Both the position numbers and the translations under genes were made by a program. From the NCBI GenBank assembly GCA_965202985.1, contig CBDBCF010000001.1, forward strand, positions 1,088,001 to 1,152,000: DNA of 64,000 nt, written 5' to 3'. The stretch comes from Longimicrobiales bacterium. Lineage in GTDB: Bacteria > Gemmatimonadota > Gemmatimonadetes > Longimicrobiales > Gaopeijiaceae. How positions within the stretch are numbered: the stretch's first letter is position 1; each line of letters starts with the position of its first letter. The notes below the pieces were generated by a model. It was not told the origin of the DNA and made no database searches. It saw only the letters and a program-made list of their open reading frames with translations. Positions 58,177-64,000 of the stretch are shown in pieces.

Positions 58177-60606
58177 ATGAACGATCAGCCCGCTGCCGGC
58201 CCAGACGCCCGCGCGACCGCCTGCTCGCCGCCGGCCTCGCCCGCCTCGGCGTCGCGTGCGCCCGCTCTTCCCCACCTCGCCTTCGCCCTTTGCGCGGCGA
58301 CGGCCGCCTGCCTTCTCCCGACGCCCGGCGCACAGGGCCAGGAAGGCGCCGTAACCGGCAGAGTGGTCGCGGAAGACGGCACGCCGGTGGACGCCGCCAC
58401 CGTCCGCCTCTTCCCCGTGTCCGACACTACGGCCGTGCGCTTCGCCGGCACCGACCGACTGGGCTTCTTTTCCTTTCCAGGCGTGCAGCCGGGCCAGTAC
58501 GTGCTCGCCGTGGCGCGGATCGGATTCGCGGGGCGCCGGGAGCGCCTTTCGGTGGGCGCCGAAGGCCGAACGGGACTGGAAACGGTGCTGGAGCGCGAAG
58601 CCGTCCAGCTCGAGGGCGTGCGGGTCGAAGCCGAGCGGAGCCGAACTCGGGTTCGCTTCGAGGAGCAGGCGGGCGTGACCGTTCAAGAGGTGGACAAGGC
58701 GTCCCTCAAGGCGATCCCGGGGCTGGCGGAGTCGGACCCGGTGCGCGTCGTGGAGCTGCTGCCGGGCGTGACCACCGTGTCCGATTTCTCGGCGGCGTTC
58801 AACGTGCGCGGCGGGTCGGCCGACCAGAACCTGATCCTGCTGGACGACGTGCCGATCTTCAACCCGTTTCATCTGGGCGGCTTCTTCTCGGTGTTCAACG
58901 CGGACATGGTCGACCGGGCCGAGCTGCGGTCGGGCGGCTTCCCGGCGGAGTACGGTGGGCGCGTGTCGTCGGTGCTTACGGTCGAGTCGGACGCCGGCGA
59001 CGGCGGCTTCGGCGTGGACGCCGGGGTGAGCGTGCTGGCGACGCGGGTTGCCGTGAACGGCGCGCTTCCCGAGGGCGCCGCTCGCGGGATCGGGTTCTCC
59101 AGCACCAGGTGGCGGGTCTCGGCTCGCCGCTCGTACTTCGACATCCTGTTCCGGCCGTGGGTCGACTTCCCCTACTCGCTCTCGGATCTGCAGACAGTCT
59201 TCGAAGGCTGGACCCGGGGCGGCGGCCGTCTGCGGATCACCGCCTACACGGGAAGGGACCTGCTGGACCTGGGCCAGCTGGACGAAGAGGACGCGCCTCT
59301 CAAGGTCCGCTGGGCGTGGGGCAACGCAGCGGCCGGCGCCAGCTGGACGCATCCGATGAGCGGCGGCGGGGCTCTGGACGTGCGGGCCTCCTACTCCCGC
59401 TTCGATGCGGACCTGGACTTCTCCGACTTCGAGGACACGGACTTCGCCACCGACGTTTGGCAGGCCACCTTTCGGACCGACTTGGAGCGCCGCCCGACGC
59501 CGCGCACCCGCTGGAAGTCGGGGCTGGCCGCCAGCCGCGTGGCGTACGACAACGCCGTCCAGGTCGGCGGCGCGGTCTTCACCGAGGGCACCGGCGACGG
59601 CTGGGAGGCGTCCGGCTACACGCAGCTCCACTGGGAGCCGAGTTCGCGCTGGCTGTTGGAGGGCGGCCTTCGCGTGGACCACTGGCGCCCGGGCCTGGGC
59701 AGCGACGAGACCACCGTGTCGCCCCGGTTCGCCGTCAAGCGCTTCGTGCGCAACCGCAGGTCGGCGGTTCGCTTGGCGGGCGGGCGCTACTCGCAGTTTC
59801 TGCAGTCGCGGCGGGACGAGCAGCTGCCGGTGGGGCTGGACGTCTGGGTCGTGGCGGGCGAGCGGGCGCCGCGCGTCGTTTCGGAGCAGGTGCAGCTGGG
59901 CGTCGAGAGCTTCTTCGGCAGCGGGGACGAGTGGTTCGCCTCCGCAGAGGGCTACTATCGCGTCTTCCGCGGCCTGATCGCCGACAACCCCGCCGACGAT
60001 CCCAACGACGCGCTCGACGACCTGCTCTCCGGGACCGGCTACGCCTACGGGGCGGACCTGTTCGTGAAGCGCGACCTGGGCGTCGCGACGGGTTGGCTGT
60101 CGGCGTCGTATCTGAAGACGGAGCGCACCTTTCCCGACACGCGGTCGAACCTGGACCCGGTTCCGTCGATCACCTACCCGCCCGTCTTCGACCGACGCTT
60201 CGACCTGGACCTGGTGCTCCGCCGCCCCCTGGGCTGGGGCGTGGAGGGAAGCGTCCGCTTCAACTTCGGGACCGGACTGCCGTTCACGCGGCCGCTGGGC
60301 ACCTTCGCCTTCTACCGGCGCCGGCCGATCTACGAGGCGATCGAGTACGACTACGAGACGGCCGTGCTGCTGGGGCCCCGGAACGACCACCGCTACCCGT
60401 CTCGGCACCGCTTGGACATCGGCTTCAGGAAGACCTTTCCCAAGAGCTGGGGTCACGTGACGCCCTACGTGAACGTGGTGAACGTCTACAACCAGAAGAA
60501 CGTCCTGTTCTACGCCTTCGAGTACGACCGCGACCCGCCCGTCCGCACCGGCGTGTCGATGATCCCCGTGTTGCCCACGGTGGGCGTGGAGATGTCGTTC
60601 CGATGA
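58177..60606 (+). CDS. TonB-dependent receptor with N-terminal carboxypeptidase-regulatory-like domain
   Basis: VTGRVV..., LPGV...FNVRGGSADQNLILLD, GGFPAEYGGRVSSV, VVNVYNQKN, C-terminal GVEMSFR. Confidence 0.93.
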   Translation: MNDQPAAGPDARATACSPPASPASASRAPALPHLAFALCAATAACLLPTPGAQGQEGAVTGRVVAEDGTPVDAATVRLFPVSDTTAVRFAGTDRLGFFSFPGVQPGQYVLAVARIGFAGRRERLSVGAEGRTGLETVLEREAVQLEGVRVEAERSRTRVRFEEQAGVTVQEVDKASLKAIPGLAESDPVRVVELLPGVTTVSDFSAAFNVRGGSADQNLILLDDVPIFNPFHLGGFFSVFNADMVDRAELRSGGFPAEYGGRVSSVLTVESDAGDGGFGVDAGVSVLATRVAVNGALPEGAARGIGFSSTRWRVSARRSYFDILFRPWVDFPYSLSDLQTVFEGWTRGGGRLRITAYTGRDLLDLGQLDEEDAPLKVRWAWGNAAAGASWTHPMSGGGALDVRASYSRFDADLDFSDFEDTDFATDVWQATFRTDLERRPTPRTRWKSGLAASRVAYDNAVQVGGAVFTEGTGDGWEASGYTQLHWEPSSRWLLEGGLRVDHWRPGLGSDETTVSPRFAVKRFVRNRRSAVRLAGGRYSQFLQSRRDEQLPVGLDVWVVAGERAPRVVSEQVQLGVESFFGSGDEWFASAEGYYRVFRGLIADNPADDPNDALDDLLSGTGYAYGADLFVKRDLGVATGWLSASYLKTERTFPDTRSNLDPVPSITYPPVFDRRFDLDLVLRRPLGWGVEGSVRFNFGTGLPFTRPLGTFAFYRRRPIYEAIEYDYETAVLLGPRNDHRYPSRHRLDIGFRKTFPKSWGHVTPYVNVVNVYNQKNVLFYAFEYDRDPPVRTGVSMIPVLPTVGVEMSFR

Positions 60607-61628
60607 GGGCTTGGCGAAGGGCGCGGAGCGGGGCTGGGGCGCGGGTGGGGGCGGCGGCGGTCGTGCTGGCGGCGGCCTCGGCTTCGGCGGGCTGCGAGCT
60701 GACCGAAGTCGGCTTGGTCGATCCCGAGGACGTGATCATCGCCGAGGCCCACGTGGTCCTGACGCTTCGACCCGGTCGCCCCGGGAACCCTGCGGGCGGC
60801 GTGGAGATGACGATGCCCACGCTGCTGCACCGAACGTACGGGGGCGGCCCCGACGGCGTGCCCGGCGCCGTGGTGCGGATCGCGGGAGCGTCGGGGCGGG
60901 TTGTGCAGCTGGTCGAAGGCCAGGACGAGGACTGCCTGGTGGCCCGCCCTGGATTCCTGTTCGCGGACTACTACAGGCGCGGCACCTGCTACGGCGCCCC
61001 CGCCGGCACCGTCCCCTTCGAGCCCGGCGAACAAGTCTCGCTCGAGGTCCGAGCTTCCGGCGGACAAGTCCTGACCGCCACGAGCCGCATCCCCGGCGCC
61101 TTCGCGCTCGTCGAGCCCCTGGGCGCGGGCGCCGCGTGCCGGGTGGAGCCGGACGCCAACCACGTCTTCGGCTGGACGACACCCCAGGACGTTTGGACCT
61201 ACGTGACCGAGACCGAGGTCGCAGGACTGCGCGCGCCCCTGGCCGAACGCGGCATCGAGTCGCCCGACACCCTGTACATGCTGGGCCTCGCGATTGGCCG
61301 GGAAGAGAACCACGTCGTGTTTCCGCGTCAGCTCGGGGTGCTCGAACTCCTGGGCGACGACTCCGACGCGGACGTGCTGGTGGCCTTGCAGGGCGGGCTT
61401 CCCGACGGCACGCGAGCGACCTTCTCCGTGTCGGCGGTGGACCAGAACTGGGCGAACTGGGCGCGCGGCGGCGACTTCAACCCGTCGGGCCTCGTGCGCA
61501 TTTCGTCGGTGTTCGGCGACGGCGCCGGCGTGTTCGGCACCGCCGTCCAGCTGCGGGCGGACGTGGTGGCGAGTCCGGCGGGCGACGGTCAGCCGCTGTT
61601 GTGCGGCCCCTTGGAGGCGGGCAGCTAA
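60603..61628 (+). CDS. DUF4249-like lipoprotein partner of the TonB receptor
   Basis: Lipobox ASAG-C, coupled by ATGA; C-terminal SSVFGDGAGVFG. Confidence 0.72.
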   Translation: MRAWRRARSGAGARVGAAAVVLAAASASAGCELTEVGLVDPEDVIIAEAHVVLTLRPGRPGNPAGGVEMTMPTLLHRTYGGGPDGVPGAVVRIAGASGRVVQLVEGQDEDCLVARPGFLFADYYRRGTCYGAPAGTVPFEPGEQVSLEVRASGGQVLTATSRIPGAFALVEPLGAGAACRVEPDANHVFGWTTPQDVWTYVTETEVAGLRAPLAERGIESPDTLYMLGLAIGREENHVVFPRQLGVLELLGDDSDADVLVALQGGLPDGTRATFSVSAVDQNWANWARGGDFNPSGLVRISSVFGDGAGVFGTAVQLRADVVASPAGDGQPLLCGPLEAGS

Positions 61629-61772
61629 GCGCGGGACAGCGGGACGGCGGGCCGCCACGGCGCGGGCGAGGCCCGGAGGCCGGGCTGGGGCCGTGGCAAG
61701 AGACGCTCCGGAGCCATAGGTTGAGGCGCGGGAAGCCCACCGTTCTCTTCTGCCCAAGGAGCTGCTGGAGCC

Positions 61773-63080
61773 ATGCATTCGGATCGCCGACCTCGTTCAG
61801 CAACATCGTGGGTCCTCGCTGTTCTTGCGGTTGCAACTGCGTCCGCTGTCGCCTGCGACGGCGGCTCGGACGTGCCCCAGCCGCGCCGGTCCGGTCCCGT
61901 CGAGTACGGGATGCGGGACAGCGCAGGGGTCGTGGTCGTGGAGAGCGCCAAGCCGCCGGACGGGTCGCGACTGGGATGGACGGTGAGTTCGATCCCTGTC
62001 GTGTCGGTCGGGACGCAGGAGGGAGCAGGCGAATGGCAGCTCCACCGCGCCGGCGACGCCACCAAGCTTCCCGACGGAAGGATCGTCGTCGCCAACAGCG
62101 GATCCCAAGAGCTGCTGATCTTCGACGAAGCCGGCGAGTACGTCGACGCTTGGGGCCGCCAGGGAGACGGACCGGGCGAGTTTGCAAGACTCGACCGGGT
62201 GGCCGCTTGGCGGGGGGACTCGATCATCGCCTCGGACGGGGCCTACCTCCGTGTGTCGATCTTCGACGCGAACGGCGCCCATGGGCGAACGACCGCAATC
62301 CCGGGCTCCGTCGGAGGGCTGCTCCGTCGCGCCATGGGAGCGATCGCCGGCCAAGCACCGGGCCACACGCTGCTTGCACCGGTGTCCGACAGCCTCTTGC
62401 TGACTTCGGACCCGCCGGTCGGCATGTCGGGCTTCCGGCGCCAGGACCACGTCTACGAAGTCAAGTCCCCCGACGGCAGCCTGCTTGCGTCCTTGGGCGA
62501 GTACCCGGGTCCGCAGACCTACACGGCCACGGTCGACCACAACAATCTCCTGGTCTTTCTCCCGCTTCAGCATCCCTTCGGCCACACGACCGAGTGGACG
62601 GTATGGGGCGACCTGGTGGCGTTCGGGCGCACCGAGACGTACGAAGTGCGGGGCTTCCGCGCCGACGGCTCGCTTGCGAGGATCGTGCGACGGGACCACG
62701 AGCCCGGCGTGCCCACGCGAACCGAGCTGGATGTGCGACTCGAGGAGGCGATCCTGCAGCGCGGCTCCGAGTATCGGGATGCATTGATGGACATCATTGC
62801 GGACGTGCCCATGGTCGAGCGCTTTCCAGCGTTCGGCCCGGTGCTCGCCGACGCGCTGGGCTACCTGTGGATCGCCGAGTTCAGGCGGCCCGGCGAAGAC
62901 CCGTCCCGAACCGTGTGGACGGTCTTCGATCGCGAGGGCATCGTGCAGGGCTTTGTGGACACGCCCAGCGACCTCGAAGTGTACGAGATCGGCGCCGACT
63001 ACGTCCTGGGCAGGAGCAAAGACGAGTTCGGCACCGAGTACGTGCAGGTCTGGGGGCTGGAGCGGGGGACGGACGGCTAG
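61773..63080 (+). CDS. 6-bladed beta-propeller lipoprotein
   Basis: Lipobox AVA-C; DGRIVVAN, GRQGDGPGEF, DALGYLW, DEFGTEYV. Confidence 0.85.
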   Translation: MHSDRRPRSATSWVLAVLAVATASAVACDGGSDVPQPRRSGPVEYGMRDSAGVVVVESAKPPDGSRLGWTVSSIPVVSVGTQEGAGEWQLHRAGDATKLPDGRIVVANSGSQELLIFDEAGEYVDAWGRQGDGPGEFARLDRVAAWRGDSIIASDGAYLRVSIFDANGAHGRTTAIPGSVGGLLRRAMGAIAGQAPGHTLLAPVSDSLLLTSDPPVGMSGFRRQDHVYEVKSPDGSLLASLGEYPGPQTYTATVDHNNLLVFLPLQHPFGHTTEWTVWGDLVAFGRTETYEVRGFRADGSLARIVRRDHEPGVPTRTELDVRLEEAILQRGSEYRDALMDIIADVPMVERFPAFGPVLADALGYLWIAEFRRPGEDPSRTVWTVFDREGIVQGFVDTPSDLEVYEIGADYVLGRSKDEFGTEYVQVWGLERGTDG

Positions 63081-63185
63081 AGGTGGCGAACTGATGGCTG
63101 TGGTGGTACCTTGCGATGGTCCTGAACGAAACCCGGGGACGCTAGCCCAGCGGGTGCCGCATAGAGCCCACCGGAGGTCGGCAGC

Positions 63186-64000
63186 GTGATTCGCAATCTG
63201 AAGCTCAAAGGCTATCGTAGCTTCGAATCCTATGAATTGCGGGATTTGGCCAGAGTAAACCTTCTGGTAGGCAGGAACAATTCCGGCAAGACTTCAATCC
63301 TCGAGGCAGTAAATTTCATGGTGTCCGGCGGCGACCCCCAAGTGCTTCGCGGGATCGCTCTACAGCGTGGCGAAGAGCGTGGCGGAAGGAACAGATATCG
63401 CGTAACCGATATCTCGCATCTCATGTTCGGACATCGCTTCGTTCCTGGGTCCCGCTTCAGCATTCAATCGGACGACAGCGGGCAGTTCGTGCACGTTAGT
63501 GTTGAAGAGGGCACGGATGACTTGGATTTCGATCAACGTCAGATGTTCGACAAGGAGGTGGACGACAAGACTCTCGAAGATGCTACATTGCTCGCCGTAC
63601 ACGTCGCTGGCAGTGGTGTCGAGGATCGATTGGTTGTTCCCGCGACCGGCGACGGCTCAATTTACCTGGATCCTCGAGCGATGCGAGCGGCTAGTCTCGA
63701 CGGATTGTCGGCTATGCCTGTTCGATTCATTACCGCGGCTTCTCTAGGAGTCGGAGGCATGCACGGGATGTGGGACAACTTGGTGCGAGAAAGACGAGAG
63801 ACCGAAGTAGTTGATGCACTCAAGTTGGTGGAGCGCAACATAGATTCGGTTCATTTCTTGGGCGCAAACGGTTACGGGCGTGGAGACATCGTCTTGGGAC
63901 TCCTTGGATCGGGCCAACGCAATCCGATCGGCAGTCACGGTGATGGCATTCGGCGCCTGCTTGCCTTGGCCCTGTCGCTGACCCAACTGTCCGGCGGAGT
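63186..64000 (+). CDS. AAA_15/AAA_21-type ABC ATPase (3' truncated; absent from the ORF track)
   Basis: GGAGG RBS, GTG start; MIRNLKLKGYRSF...NLLVGRNNSGKTSILEA (Walker A) ... GSHGDGIRRLLAL (signature-like); open to the window end; more AT-rich than flanks. Confidence 0.88.
   Translation, partial: MIRNLKLKGYRSFESYELRDLARVNLLVGRNNSGKTSILEAVNFMVSGGDPQVLRGIALQRGEERGGRNRYRVTDISHLMFGHRFVPGSRFSIQSDDSGQFVHVSVEEGTDDLDFDQRQMFDKEVDDKTLEDATLLAVHVAGSGVEDRLVVPATGDGSIYLDPRAMRAASLDGLSAMPVRFITAASLGVGGMHGMWDNLVRERRETEVVDALKLVERNIDSVHFLGANGYGRGDIVLGLLGSGQRNPIGSHGDGIRRLLALALSLTQLSGG

Noticed and set aside
63230..63986. Small ORFs listed in the track at the right edge
   Set aside because: They overlap the + strand ATPase reading frame that starts at 63186.
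1..64000. CRISPR array, tRNA/rRNA genes, intact IS transposase or integrase
   Set aside because: No regularly spaced repeats, cloverleafs, rRNA motifs or DDE/tyrosine recombinase ORFs were recognised by eye.

Overview
GC-rich bacterial chromosomal window with about 60 densely packed genes. The gene content (TamA/TamB, Mla, TonB receptor, many lipoproteins) shows a diderm; resemblance to Gemmatimonadota, possibly host-associated, is my inference only. 1-22 kb is a + strand housekeeping/envelope run (thiS-thiG, rsmB, PASTA protein, TlpA, YbbR/CdaR, tsaD, lgt, metallophosphoesterase, TamA/TamB, htpX, uvrA, CesT-like chaperone, pspA, D-amino-acid aminotransferase). It is followed by a frameshifted Rpn-family gene, a PTPS-II-type pterin synthase, a 6S RNA with promoter and terminator, fumC, trxB, an mlaEFD operon and rho. 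Accessory blocks: (i) 35.5-39.6 kb, three beta-propeller lipoprotein genes, two of them a recent tandem duplication diverged in short patches, interleaved with a secreted 8-Cys peptide gene and a coupled 40-codon ORF, and bounded by a stray 25-bp piece of the propeller gene; (ii) a radical SAM-GmhA-HddA operon; (iii) an apparently lower-GC methyltransferase interrupted at a G16 tract and ending in a G18 tract, a phase-variation candidate; (iv) a partial ABC-type AAA ATPase at the right edge that the ORF track misses. An ECF sigma/anti-sigma/DUF4097 operon and a TonB receptor carry similar ECF-like promoter motifs. All calls come from motif reading without database searches, and many start codons are estimates.
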